Below, piece after piece: positions 1-9,585 of a stretch of DNA of 64,000 nt. The notes below the pieces were generated by a model. That model searched no databases and had not been told where the DNA came from. It worked only from the letters and a program-made list of their open reading frames with translations. The position numbers and the translations under genes are program-made. Where the stretch lies: assembly GCA_963762565.1 (NCBI GenBank), contig CAVXLD010000007.1, positions 544,001 to 608,000 of the forward strand, in the 5' to 3' direction. Each line of letters opens with the position of its first letter. Position 1 is the stretch's first letter. The stretch comes from an uncultured Verrucomicrobiae bacterium. Lineage in GTDB: Bacteria; Verrucomicrobiota; Verrucomicrobiia; Chthoniobacterales; JAFAMB01.

Positions 1-1
1 C

Positions 2-517
2 ATTAAGAGCGGCGACGTTGTGACCCAATTCGATAACAAACCGGTCGACGACGAAAACAGTCTGAAACTGATGGTGGCAGAAACTGCGCCAGGTAAATCG
101 GTTCCGATTCAAGTCGATCGTAACGGACAGACTCTGAATCTGAGCGTGACGTTAGAATCACTCTCTGCGAAGACCACCCTGGCCAAGAACGAGCCGAACT
201 CGAATGGGAATGAACCGCAAGGCGACGCTTTGCATGGCGTCGGCGTGCAAGACTTGGATCGTCAAACTCGGGAGGAGCTAAATATCCCGGCCAATGTTCA
301 CGGCGCGTTGATCACCCAAGTAGATCCTTCGTCTCCAAGCGGTGAGGCCGGACTCCGCGAAGGTGACGTGATCGAAGAGATTAATCATCAGCCCGTCCGA
401 AATGCGGAAGACGCTGATCGGTTAACCGAAGGCAAGGGCGGCACGGGTGAGACGCTAGTCAAGATCTGGAATCAAAACGGCAGCCACTACGTTGCCGTCC
501 AGGAAGGGAATGGCTAA
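2..517 (+). CDS. DegP/HtrA-family serine protease, C-terminal PDZ domains (5'-truncated by window edge)
   Basis: Frame is open from base 2 (IKSGDVV...). Tandem PDZ motifs (GALITQVDPSSPSGEAGLREGDVIEEIN). Confidence 0.85.
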   Translation: MKSGDVVTQFDNKPVDDENSLKLMVAETAPGKSVPIQVDRNGQTLNLSVTLESLSAKTTLAKNEPNSNGNEPQGDALHGVGVQDLDRQTREELNIPANVHGALITQVDPSSPSGEAGLREGDVIEEINHQPVRNAEDADRLTEGKGGTGETLVKIWNQNGSHYVAVQEGNG

Positions 518-546
518 CAGAGGAGCCTGTTAAAGTGGTAGCAGCA

Positions 547-584
547 ACGCCCGCATGGTTTGGAGACCGTGCGGGCGTCTTGTT
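547..584 (+). terminator. Probable intrinsic terminator after the protease gene
   Basis: ACGCCCGCATGGT-loop-ACCGTGCGGGCGT stem followed by CTTGTT (weak U-tract). Confidence 0.5.
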
Positions 585-802
585 GCGAATGGGGGCGAAT
601 GGGCGAGACGGCGAATGGGCGTATAGGCGAAGGGGCGACGCCGAGAAAAAGCGATGGGACGGTAATAAGCTTCGAAAGCGCTGATAAGCATTTAGTTCGG
701 CAGCCGCCGGATTAGGCCCAAGGATTATGCAAGTAACAGGAACCAGTACCGAAGGCCCAAGAGAAATCGCCGTTTCGCCGATTCGCCCATTCGCCGTTTC
801 GC
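585..802. repeat. Octamer-period inverted repeat (GGCGAATG/GGCGAGAC arms vs CATTCGCC/GTTTCGCC)
   Basis: Left arm 585-640, right arm 765-802. Related units at 38478-38502 and 60485-60690. Confidence 0.7.
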
Positions 803-846
803 AAACGACGCTCGCGCAAACCCCCGAACTCGCGCAAATTACAACT

Positions 847-1521
847 ATGCGAGTCCTGGTCGTCGAAGATGACGAGAAGATCGCCTCTTTTGTTGTCAAA
901 GGCCTAAAACAGAATGGGTACGCGGTGGATCACGCCGCGGATGGTGAGTATGGCTTGGACTTGGCGACTGCTATCACCTACGACCTGCTCGTTCTGGATC
1001 TGATGTTGCCCAAATTGGATGGGCTTTCCTTGTTACGCCGGTTACGCCAGGAAAAGAGCCGCACACCGGTCCTGATCCTAAGCGCCCGGGCGAATGTTGA
1101 CGATCGCGTCCGCGGATTGCAGGCTGGCGCAGACGATTATCTCACCAAGCCCTTCGCTTTTTCGGAGTTATTAGCCCGGGTGCAAGCTCTGATCAGGCGG
1201 GCTAGCCAGGCCGTTGAACAGACCCAACTAACCGTGGCCGACCTTTCGATGAATGTGATCACGCGGGACGTAACCCGTGGCGGCCAGAGAATTGAATTAC
1301 ATCCTCGCGAATACTCGCTCCTCGAGTTCTTGCTCCGGCACGCAGGTCGTCCGGTTACCAAGACGATGATCCTGGAACATATCTGGGATTTTCATTTCGA
1401 TCCCCAGACCAACGTCGTTGATGTTTTGGTTCACCGGTTACGCGCCAAGATTGATAAGAATTTTCCGCTTAAACTCATTCAAACCATTCGAGGCGTTGGT
1501 TATGTGGTTAAAGCGAGTTGA
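847..1521 (+). CDS. OmpR/CusR-family response regulator
   Basis: MRVLVVEDD receiver start, [15 protein letters not shown], winged-helix TIRGVGY. Start trimmed to ATG 847. Confidence 0.95.
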   Translation: MRVLVVEDDEKIASFVVKGLKQNGYAVDHAADGEYGLDLATAITYDLLVLDLMLPKLDGLSLLRRLRQEKSRTPVLILSARANVDDRVRGLQAGADDYLTKPFAFSELLARVQALIRRASQAVEQTQLTVADLSMNVITRDVTRGGQRIELHPREYSLLEFLLRHAGRPVTKTMILEHIWDFHFDPQTNVVDVLVHRLRAKIDKNFPLKLIQTIRGVGYVVKAS

Positions 1522-3043
1522 ATCGATTTCGACCGATTCGGCCTCGCAAGCGAGGCACGCTCCAGTGTCTGCGGGAGTATGGCGCGACAGGCGGCTTTGG
1601 CACAGCTTCACTGTCCGGCTGAGTTTTTACTATGCCAGCGCGTTTGTGATCAGCGCTGCCCTCCTCTTCGCGCTCCTGTACTTTCTTCAGGCGACGTTAT
1701 TCGATTGGCGCGAACGGGATCCCATCGATAAGTTTTTGAAGCAATGCGTTGTTGCTTATCAACAACACGGATCAGAGGGACTGATGAACGCCGTCAAGAC
1801 GCAGGGGGCAGACCCGAGCGAGGGCCCGTTCTTTGTCAGCGTCATTTTCCGAAAGGGCGCGACACTCTACTTAAAAGAACCAACGGATTGGTTTAAACTC
1901 CCGAACCTGACCTCAGTTCTGGAGCACACCCAACAGAATGGCGGTTGGAGCCGGCTACCGGCCGATGAACGGAGCGAATATGTGTTGGAAAGCGCCCGGT
2001 TGTCGGACGGCCCGGTTTTAGTAGTGGGCCGCAAAATTTATCGCAGCGAAACCTTAACCGGCCCATTTGTTACGGCAGCGCTGATCCTGTTGGTGCCGAC
2101 TCTCTTGCTCGCAATCGCTGCCGGTGCGGTGTTTGCCCACCGGGCCACCGCTCCAGTGAGGCAAATGTTGCAGACAGCGCGCTCGATTATCAACACGGGG
2201 AACCTGGCTGAGCGAGTGCCGGAAACCCAAGAGCAAGACGAGTTAGCGGAACTGGCCCGCCAATTTAACCGGGTGTTGGAACAGAATCAGCGGCTGATCC
2301 GCGGCATGCGGGAAGCACTCGACAACGTAGCCCATGATCTGCGTTCGCCCCTGACTCGGCTGCGTGCCTCGGCTGAACTGGCACTGGAGGCGGACACGTC
2401 TGAATCCGCGCGGGACGCTTTGGCTGACTCGATAGAGGAATCAGATCGGGTGTTAACCATGTTGAATACTCTCATGGATGTTACCGAAGCCGAAAACGGA
2501 ATGATGCGCTTGAATCTGGAGCGCTGTTCCATCAGCTCACTGTTGGAAGAAGTAACCGATCTTTATCAGCTCGTTGCTGAGGAGAAGTCGATCCAGATCA
2601 AGAATCTGTTCATCAGTCCCGGATATGTGGAGGTGGATCCAAATCGAATGCGTCAAGCGTTTGCCAACCTGGTGGATAATGCCGTTAAATACACGCCCAA
2701 CGGCGGATTGGTGGAGATTGAATGCAACACAAAGGACGGCCAAGTTCTCGTAACGATTCGTGATAATGGGATCGGTATTCCACCGGCAGAACAAAACCGC
2801 ATTTGGGAGCGGCTTTACCGCGGTGACGCCAGCCGGTCGCAACGCGGTCTTGGCCTGGGATTGAGCCTCGTAAAAGCGGTGGTGGAAGCTCACTCCGGGA
2901 CTATCGCGCTCAAGAGCGAACCAGGGAAAGGCTCGGAGTTTACGGTCAGGCTGGCGGCAGTCCCGGCAGCGCTGGCCGGGATGGTCGCCGCTGGGAACGG
3001 GGTCGAGGTGAGGAGTGGCGCGAAAGTAAGCAGTAAGCAGTGA
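1502..3043 (+). CDS. Sensor histidine kinase (HAMP-HisKA-HATPase)
   Basis: Two TM segments, H-box AHDLRSPL, N-box [14 protein letters not shown] and GLGLGL boxes. Start uncertain. Confidence 0.93.
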   Translation: MWLKRVESISTDSASQARHAPVSAGVWRDRRLWHSFTVRLSFYYASAFVISAALLFALLYFLQATLFDWRERDPIDKFLKQCVVAYQQHGSEGLMNAVKTQGADPSEGPFFVSVIFRKGATLYLKEPTDWFKLPNLTSVLEHTQQNGGWSRLPADERSEYVLESARLSDGPVLVVGRKIYRSETLTGPFVTAALILLVPTLLLAIAAGAVFAHRATAPVRQMLQTARSIINTGNLAERVPETQEQDELAELARQFNRVLEQNQRLIRGMREALDNVAHDLRSPLTRLRASAELALEADTSESARDALADSIEESDRVLTMLNTLMDVTEAENGMMRLNLERCSISSLLEEVTDLYQLVAEEKSIQIKNLFISPGYVEVDPNRMRQAFANLVDNAVKYTPNGGLVEIECNTKDGQVLVTIRDNGIGIPPAEQNRIWERLYRGDASRSQRGLGLGLSLVKAVVEAHSGTIALKSEPGKGSEFTVRLAAVPAALAGMVAAGNGVEVRSGAKVSSKQ

Positions 3044-3144
3044 GCAGTGAGCAGTGAGCAGTAATCAGTGTGTCAGTAATCAGTAAAGACGACTATGTCG
3101 TGACCGGTTTTGCCGGTACTGCTTACTGCTTACTGCTTACCGAT
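3025..3144. repeat. Heptamer tandem inverted repeat (AGTAAGC/AGTGAGC vs GCTTACT)
   Basis: About 9 units 3025-3087 and inverted units 3117-3144. Contains the kinase stop codon. Confidence 0.85.
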
Positions 3145-3164
3145 TCTGCGCCACCTCTTACGTC

Positions 3165-4202
3165 TCACTTTTCGTTCTCGGTCTCGCCACGCCTGATTTC
3201 CTGGAACATGTGCGCCGCTGAATCGCCGTCGATCAGGAGGCCGTTCACGAAGCCCGTTTTCAGGATTCCTTGAGCGGGTCTCAGTTTGCTGCGTCCGCCG
3301 GCGAGCAAGATAACCTCATGCTTTCTGAGGGCTTCTAGATCGATCGCTAAAGTTCGATCGTTAAGTTCAGAGGGCACTACCTCGCCTTTGGCATTAAAGA
3401 ATTTGCCCATCGTATCGCCCACGGCGCCTGCTTTCCGGAGCTCACTGAGCTCTAACGCGGATAGGTAACGGTTCTCGAACAGAAACGCGCGTTCATCGCA
3501 TTCGCCAACGCTAATCAGATAGAAATCGGCTTTCTCAGCCAGCGCTAAGGTTTCTTGAACGATTCTCTGAGACATCAGAATCTGGCGGTCAGCAACCGTG
3601 TTAGCGATAAATGGCACCGGGAGAAAATGACCTTCACCGCCAGTTTTAGCGGCTAGGTGATGGACAACCTCGAACAGGTTTGCAGCCAGGTTCCGGGTTA
3701 ACGACCCCATAACCGAGACGAATCTAGCCTGTGGCCGGCGCATCGCGGGAAGGAGTCTGGCAATCTCTGCGGTAGTACGTCCCCAGCCAACGCCGATGAT
3801 GCATTCCTCATCCACCTGCATTCGTTCCCGTAGTAAATCCACAGCCACCATGGCTACTGCCCGGCGCGCGATTGGACCTTCGTCAGCCAGCTTTGCCGGA
3901 GGCAGCATTTTCGCCGGATGTTCCACCGAGTCCGAGAGAAGAGGCGGAGTGGCTCGACAAAAATCCAGTCCATAATGTCGGCGAATGGTTTCTTCGACTT
4001 CAGCCATCGGTCCGAACCGATGTTCAATGGAGATTTTGACGATACCGGCTTCGCGGGCCTCGGCTAATAGCCTGGCGACTTTAACTCTGGAAACCCCGAG
4101 GATTTCTGCGGTTTGTTCCTGGGTATTGCCACCGACATAGTAAAGCCAGGCGGCTCTGACGAGTTGATCGGACTCAGTGGTGATAGGTTCGGAGGGGTGC
4201 AT
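3165..4202 (-). CDS. SorC/LsrR-family sugar-binding transcriptional regulator
   Basis: RAAWLYY...TQEQTAEILGVSRVKVARLL HTH, GVGWGRT, and a terminal LLIDG sugar-binding domain. Confidence 0.92.
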   Translation of the reverse strand: MHPSEPITTESDQLVRAAWLYYVGGNTQEQTAEILGVSRVKVARLLAEAREAGIVKISIEHRFGPMAEVEETIRRHYGLDFCRATPPLLSDSVEHPAKMLPPAKLADEGPIARRAVAMVAVDLLRERMQVDEECIIGVGWGRTTAEIARLLPAMRRPQARFVSVMGSLTRNLAANLFEVVHHLAAKTGGEGHFLPVPFIANTVADRQILMSQRIVQETLALAEKADFYLISVGECDERAFLFENRYLSALELSELRKAGAVGDTMGKFFNAKGEVVPSELNDRTLAIDLEALRKHEVILLAGGRSKLRPAQGILKTGFVNGLLIDGDSAAHMFQEIRRGETENEK

Positions 4203-4277
4203 CAAAAGAAGGCGGCTAACGGAACAAAAATCGATTCACGCACCTGTTCGTCAAGTGCGAATAACTACCGAAGCTCC

Positions 4278-4949
4278 ACAGAAGATCACAAAGGTCACAA
4301 AGAACTGATGTGATTCCGCTACTGTCCTATGGGCCGCCTATCGACTGCGGTCCTCAAAGCGTCATGCGAACAATTCCGTCTTTGAGCATGATTTCATGAA
4401 AATTGAACAGAAGGCCTAATGGCGTGTTCAATAACTTCATGTAACTGAGAAGCTGGGCCTTGTGGACGGGCAGGATTTCTTCAACGACTTTGAACTCCAG
4501 GATCAAGACATCGTCGACTAAAAAATCGAGCCGAAGCGGTTCCTCAAAAACGTGCCCTTTGTACTCGATCGGAACGAGCAATTCGCGTCGAACCGGAATC
4601 GACCTCAGATCACATTCCCTCTGGAAACACTTGCTGTAGATACTCTCGATCAGTCCCGGACCCTTGATGCGATGGACCTCGATTGCTGCTCCGATCACCA
4701 GATGACTCCACGCGTTCGCGCGTTCTCTTGCTTCTTTTGTTTGATCAGGTTCCATATAGACAGAACAAATAGTAAAGAAGTTATATATACTGATAATGAA
4801 TGTTATGACAAGCTGTTTTGTTCTGATCGGTAGGCCTTGCGGGAAGACTAGCGACCCGACAGAAAACTCCAGGACTCGACTGCAACGACGTCAGTGATGC
4901 GCCTCCGGCCAACCCTTCCTAGGTCTTTGTGACCTTTGTGATCTTCTGT
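4278..4949. mobile_element. Candidate cassette: GxxExxY gene bracketed by perfect 26-bp inverted repeats
   Basis: ACAGAAGATCACAAAGGTCACAAAGA (4278-4303) and its exact reverse complement (4924-4949). Mobility is inferred and no TSD is seen. Confidence 0.55.
4354..4755 (-). CDS. GxxExxY protein (PD-(D/E)XK nuclease superfamily)
   Basis: IGAAIEVH..KGPGLIESIY, RLDFLV, ILEFK, AQLLSYM, GLLFNF. 133 aa. Confidence 0.93.
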   Translation of the reverse strand: MEPDQTKEARERANAWSHLVIGAAIEVHRIKGPGLIESIYSKCFQRECDLRSIPVRRELLVPIEYKGHVFEEPLRLDFLVDDVLILEFKVVEEILPVHKAQLLSYMKLLNTPLGLLFNFHEIMLKDGIVRMTL

Positions 4950-5986
4950 TAAAATGCTTTCTGGTTTGCTTTCGTGGTGCTTTGCCGCACGGCAAGTTCC
5001 GGCTTCAGGACATGAAGGGTGCGATCGATGGGTTCTTGGTTGATCATCCGGAGAAGGGTCTGCACGCAGTATTCGCCTTCTGCGATAAAGTCGTGATGGA
5101 CGGTGGTGAGGGGAGGCTCGAAAAAACGGGACTCCGGCAGATCATCGTAACCGACAACGGAGACCTCATCCGGAACCCGGATATTGGCAGCATGTAAAGC
5201 CCTCAATGCGCCCAAAGCCATGTGATCGTTACAAGCAACGATCGCAGTGAATGAGGAATCGGAGCTTAGCAACTGTCGCGCAGCCTGATATCCGCTCTCC
5301 GTGCTCCAATCACCTTGGACCTGCGGCCCAAGTTTAAGGCCTGCCTTTTTTATGGTGTCAGCCCAGGCTTGATACCTTTCTTTTGCTGCCGGCCAGTCCG
5401 CTGGGCCGGTAATGCAGGCGATCCGCCGGTGACCCAACCTCAGCAAGTGTTCTGTAGCCAGCCGTACTCCATAAGATTGATCAACCACGACTGCCGGTAT
5501 CTGCCTAACGAGTCGGTTCCCGACCGATACGAAAGGGACGCCGCGGCAATGCGCTCGTACGGTGGCGATCCATCGTTCAAAACGAGCCCCAATCACCAGG
5601 CCGTCGACCTGATGTTCGCAAAGGTCGTCAATGGCGGCCAGCAGTTCAGATTCACCGGAACCTTCAACGCCGGCAAAAAGCAAATTGTAGCCCTGTCGCT
5701 TGGCCGTTTCCTCGATGCTAACCATGACCTGAGCGGGACCGTAGTGAGTGATATGGCTCCCAATCATTCCAATGAGACTTGATCTTCGGGTGGCCAAGTG
5801 GCGAGCCGCCAGGTTAGGGCGATAGTTCAATTCCGCGATCGCTTTAAGAACCCGAGCCCGCGTCTTTTCGGCAACGAACGGGCTGCCATTGACCACCCGA
5901 GAAACGGTTTGATAGGAGACATCACAACGAGCAGCCACATCATCCAGAGTGGCTTTCCGAGGATGAGCCCGAGCGATAGGTTTCAT
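4949..5986 (-). CDS. LacI-family transcriptional regulator
   Basis: TLDDVAARCDVSYQTVSRVVN HTH, YRPNLAARHL hinge, PPLTTV. Start set to ATG 5986. Confidence 0.95.
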   Translation of the reverse strand: MKPIARAHPRKATLDDVAARCDVSYQTVSRVVNGSPFVAEKTRARVLKAIAELNYRPNLAARHLATRRSSLIGMIGSHITHYGPAQVMVSIEETAKRQGYNLLFAGVEGSGESELLAAIDDLCEHQVDGLVIGARFERWIATVRAHCRGVPFVSVGNRLVRQIPAVVVDQSYGVRLATEHLLRLGHRRIACITGPADWPAAKERYQAWADTIKKAGLKLGPQVQGDWSTESGYQAARQLLSSDSSFTAIVACNDHMALGALRALHAANIRVPDEVSVVGYDDLPESRFFEPPLTTVHHDFIAEGEYCVQTLLRMINQEPIDRTLHVLKPELAVRQSTTKANQKAF

Positions 5987-6035
5987 TAGGCGACGCCTAT
6001 TTCTTAGAGCCACCTGAACGCCACGTCATCAAAAA

Positions 6036-6049
6036 TGTGGGCGTTCACA
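6036..6049. promoter_or_regulatory. Putative LacI-type operator
   Basis: TGTGGGCGTTCACA, a 12/14 match to the symmetric lac operator core TGTGAGCGCTCACA. Lies between the divergent regulator and ABC operon. Confidence 0.7.
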
Positions 6050-6114
6050 AAATACTTGCGTCCTGCCTCCTTTTGCATTGGATTGAAGCGCGCACCGCTT
6101 GTGCCAATCCCCCT

Positions 6115-7518
6115 ATGAGCAACTCCATTCTTTGGCGTTCGTTTCTGCCTTCTTCCCCTGCTCGCCGAACTAGCACGCATTTCCTAGCGTGGACGGTGGC
6201 CGGGTACATTAGCTGGTTGTTACTCCCCTCGATCTTCGCTCAAGCCGACTATAAGGAGCCGGACTACAGCAAATTGCAACCCGAGAGCGGGCAGATCACG
6301 CTCGAAGTCTGGACTTGGGTGGTTGGACTGGATAAGGCGGCCCCGCTTTTCGAAAAGGCGTACCCGAACATCAAGGTGCATATTAACAACGTCGGCGCCG
6401 GTCCCACGGAATATCAGAAACTGCAAACCGCGATCAAAGCCGGATCCGGCGGGCCCGATGTTGCTCAGATCGAATACGACTTTCTGCCCTCTTTCATCGT
6501 GACCGACGGGCTAGTCGATATTTCCAAGTACGGCGCCAATGACGTGAAGTCTTTCTTTGTACCCTGGACCTGGGGGCAATGCGCGCCAGATGGAAAAGCG
6601 GTTTACGGAATCCCGCAAGACAGCGGGCCGATGGCATTTCTCTATAACAAAAAGATATTTGATAAATACGGGCTCACGGTTCCCACGACGTGGGACGAGT
6701 TTGCGCAGCAGGCCGAGAAACTTGCCAAGGCCAGCGATGGTAAAGTAAAGCTGGTCGATTTTATTCCGACCCAAGCTCCGTGGTTTATAGGCCTCGCCTG
6801 GGCTAACGGCGCTACGCTTTTCAAACAGAACGGGGATAGCTGGACTCAATCCCTCAACAGTCCGGAATGCCAAAAGGTGCTCGATTTCTGGGCAGATCTA
6901 ATAAAGAAGAAATACGTTGCCACTATCACGGATTTCACTCCGGAATTCTATACCGCGATCGCCTCGGGCCAGATTGCGGCTTCCATTGAAGCGGCTTGGG
7001 GACCGGGTGTAATTGCCCAGTCCGTCAATGACAAGACCTCCGGAGAATGGCAGGTGGCGCCGTTGCCGCAATGGAGTAAGGGCCAGACGTTTCGCAGCGG
7101 CAACTGGGGCGGAAGTTGCGACGTCGTCCTAAAGCAATCGAAATACCCCAAGGCGGCGACTCTTTTCAGCATTTGGTTAAATGCCGCCAAGGGCCCAGTG
7201 ATCAACAACTGGACCAGCTACGGGATCTTTCCCGCCTCGTTGTCTGGGCTCGCTTCACCGGATCTAAATCAAGCTGACAAAAACCCAAGCAAGTTTTGCG
7301 CTGGCCAGAATGTGGCCCAGGTCTATTCGGATGCCTCTAAAGCGGTGAATACGGACTTTGCTTGGTCCCCCTGGTTCGCGTTTGCGAACGATAACTATAA
7401 CAAACAGATTGCGGCATTGATTGCCGGGACTATGACAGCGAAACAAGCGCTCGACGCCTGGCAAGCCGATAGTCTGAAGAACGCCGCCGGCGACGGCTAC
7501 GACGTCAAAGGAAAGTAG
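6115..7518 (+). CDS. Carbohydrate ABC transporter substrate-binding protein (CUT1)
   Basis: Signal-like N-terminus, [33 protein letters not shown]. Start uncertain. Confidence 0.9.
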   Translation: MSNSILWRSFLPSSPARRTSTHFLAWTVAGYISWLLLPSIFAQADYKEPDYSKLQPESGQITLEVWTWVVGLDKAAPLFEKAYPNIKVHINNVGAGPTEYQKLQTAIKAGSGGPDVAQIEYDFLPSFIVTDGLVDISKYGANDVKSFFVPWTWGQCAPDGKAVYGIPQDSGPMAFLYNKKIFDKYGLTVPTTWDEFAQQAEKLAKASDGKVKLVDFIPTQAPWFIGLAWANGATLFKQNGDSWTQSLNSPECQKVLDFWADLIKKKYVATITDFTPEFYTAIASGQIAASIEAAWGPGVIAQSVNDKTSGEWQVAPLPQWSKGQTFRSGNWGGSCDVVLKQSKYPKAATLFSIWLNAAKGPVINNWTSYGIFPASLSGLASPDLNQADKNPSKFCAGQNVAQVYSDASKAVNTDFAWSPWFAFANDNYNKQIAALIAGTMTAKQALDAWQADSLKNAAGDGYDVKGK

Positions 7519-7533
7519 CGAGATTATCCTCAC

Positions 7534-7555
7534 GGCGCGCGCGAAAGCGCGCGCC
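7534..7555 (+). terminator. GC hairpin with GAAA tetraloop between SBP and permease (mRNA stabiliser or partial terminator)
   Basis: GGCGCGCGC-GAAA-GCGCGCGCC followed by TTTCC. Confidence 0.55.
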
Positions 7556-7571
7556 TTTCCGTCTGTCTGAC

Positions 7572-8438
7572 ATGCGCCGCTATCGCAAAACCGCGTTTCT
7601 TTTCCTGACGCCGTTTCTGGCGGTGTTTATCGCCTTCTATTTGGCGCCGGTCTGTTACGCGCTTTACCTGAGCCTTTTTATCCGCAAACGCGTCGGCATT
7701 GGCCCACCGAAGGAAGTATTCGGTGGGCTCGCCAACTATGTTCGGGCCGTTCAAGACACGGACTTTCTGATCGGCTTGAAGAACATGTTTGTCTTTGGAG
7801 TTGTCCAGGTCCCCATCATGTTAGGCTTGGCCATCCTGCTAGCTCTGCTTTTGCATCAATCCCGGGGCTTTTTCATGAAGGTGTGCCGGACGGCCTACTT
7901 TATGCCATACGGGATTCCGACCGCGATCGGCGCCATGATCTGGAGTTATCTGTACTCAGCGAATCTATCGCCTTTCAACCAGATCTTGCGATCGCTTCAC
8001 CAAGGCACGATCGAGTTCCTGTCCCCGGCCATCGTCCTCTGGTCGATTGCGAACATCGTGACCTGGACTTGGACAGGCTACAACATGATCACGCTCTTTG
8101 CGGCTTTGCAGAATATCCCGCAGGATCTTTACGAAGCGGCTCGGGTCGACGGAGCCAAGACCTGGGACATCGTGCGGCGGATCCAGATCCCGCTGTTGTT
8201 GCCGACGCTTAGGTTGCTTTTCATTTTTTCGATAATCGGCACCTCACAACTCTTTACTGAAGCTTTCGTGCTGCGACCGCTCGGTTATCTGGCCGACAAC
8301 ATCACTCCTAACCTTTACCTTTATCTAACCGCAGCCCGTGATGCTAACTATTCTTATGCCGGCGCCCTCGCCATCCTGTTAGCGTTGTTAATCTTTGTTA
8401 TCAGCGGCCCGTTTCTCCGCCGGATCGCTTCCCGGTAA
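7572..8438 (+). CDS. Carbohydrate ABC transporter permease
   Basis: Hydrophobic, EAA motif [10 protein letters not shown]. Confidence 0.93.
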   Translation: MRRYRKTAFLFLTPFLAVFIAFYLAPVCYALYLSLFIRKRVGIGPPKEVFGGLANYVRAVQDTDFLIGLKNMFVFGVVQVPIMLGLAILLALLLHQSRGFFMKVCRTAYFMPYGIPTAIGAMIWSYLYSANLSPFNQILRSLHQGTIEFLSPAIVLWSIANIVTWTWTGYNMITLFAALQNIPQDLYEAARVDGAKTWDIVRRIQIPLLLPTLRLLFIFSIIGTSQLFTEAFVLRPLGYLADNITPNLYLYLTAARDANYSYAGALAILLALLIFVISGPFLRRIASR

Positions 8439-8443
8439 CTCGT

Positions 8444-9388
8444 ATGAGCCCGATATCAGCAAGACATCAAGCGGCCAACGCACCGGTTTCAGTGACCAAG
8501 TCCTCGAGCCTTAGGCAAACTTCTGGGCCGGAAAAAAAGCAGGCCGTTTTTGTGGGAGCAACGGTGCGTCACATCGTTCTGGCCATCTTTCTGATCTACT
8601 GCATTTTGCCGGCCATGTGGATCATCTCAGCGATGACCAAGGATAACGGCCAAATCTTTACTACCTTTGGATTGTGGTTTTCCTATCCATTACATTTTCT
8701 GGAGAACTTAGGGGGCCTGATCAGCTATCAGGACGGAATCTTTGTACGCTGGTTTGGAAACTCGCTGATCTACGCGGGCTCGATCTCTTTTGGCAGCACG
8801 ATGATCTGTGCGTTAGGAGGTTACGCGTTTTCCAAGTACGACTTTCCGGCAAAACAGTTCATTTTTAATTTCATCCTCGGAACCATCATGGTTCCTTCCA
8901 CCGCACTCGTCCTGCCCTTGTTCCTGATGCTGAACAAGATCGGCCTGGTCAATAACATGTTGGGCGTAATCCTTCCCAGCTTAGTTAACCCGTTTGGGCT
9001 TTACCTGATGAAAGTGTTCTGGGATTCGTCCTTGCCTAACGAACTCATTGAGGCTTCGCGACTAGAGGGCGCGAGTGAACTCCAAATTTTTTGGCGGATC
9101 GGTTTGCCTCTCATGCAAACCGGGCTGGTAACGGTTGCCCTGTTAGCGTTCGTGGGCGCCTGGAACAACTTCTTTCTCCCATTGATTGTTTTGAGCGAAC
9201 AACACCTGTTCCCGCTGACCCTTGGCCTTAACGTCTGGGATAGCCTGACCTCCGCCGCCGGCGGTAAACCAATTTACAATTTAATTGCCGTCGGTTCTAT
9301 GGTTAGCGTCCTGCCGCTGCTGATTGCCTTTGTGGTTTTGGGCAAATATTGGCGCGGAGGGCTGACCGCAGGCGCAACGAAAGGGTAG
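8444..9388 (+). CDS. Carbohydrate ABC transporter permease
   Basis: EAA motif LIEASRLEGASE, WNNFFLPL, GATKG C-terminus. Confidence 0.93.
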   Translation: MSPISARHQAANAPVSVTKSSSLRQTSGPEKKQAVFVGATVRHIVLAIFLIYCILPAMWIISAMTKDNGQIFTTFGLWFSYPLHFLENLGGLISYQDGIFVRWFGNSLIYAGSISFGSTMICALGGYAFSKYDFPAKQFIFNFILGTIMVPSTALVLPLFLMLNKIGLVNNMLGVILPSLVNPFGLYLMKVFWDSSLPNELIEASRLEGASELQIFWRIGLPLMQTGLVTVALLAFVGAWNNFFLPLIVLSEQHLFPLTLGLNVWDSLTSAAGGKPIYNLIAVGSMVSVLPLLIAFVVLGKYWRGGLTAGATKG

Positions 9389-9396
9389 GGGGCAGG

Positions 9397-9546
9397 GAAA
9401 GGTGATTGGTGATTGGTGATTGGTGGATCTGATGGGATGTGCGGTTTTGAATAGTCAACTTTTTCCAGTCGGCCGATGCGGTCGGGCCCGTCCCCACTGG
9501 GCCAACCAATCACCAATCACCAATCACCAATCACCAATCACCTTTC
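9397..9546. repeat. Heptamer tandem inverted repeat (GGTGATT vs AATCACC)
   Basis: GAAA(GGTGATT)3 ... (AATCACC)5TTTC. Same unit at 43909-43987, 50111-50134, 52490-52519 and 61850-61882. Confidence 0.9.
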
Positions 9547-9585
9547 ACCCGTCCCCGGCCTTCGCATCTACGTAAGGCATGAACT

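Noticed and set aside
727..846. Long N-terminal extensions in the ORF track (e.g. 727, 12070, 13661, 36414, 36475, 40655, 47713)
   Set aside because: They run through repeats or neighbouring genes. Family-typical starts lie downstream.
6083..6096. Second lacO-like site TTGAAGCGCGCACC
   Set aside because: Weak symmetry, and it could equally be a -35 region. Not enough support.
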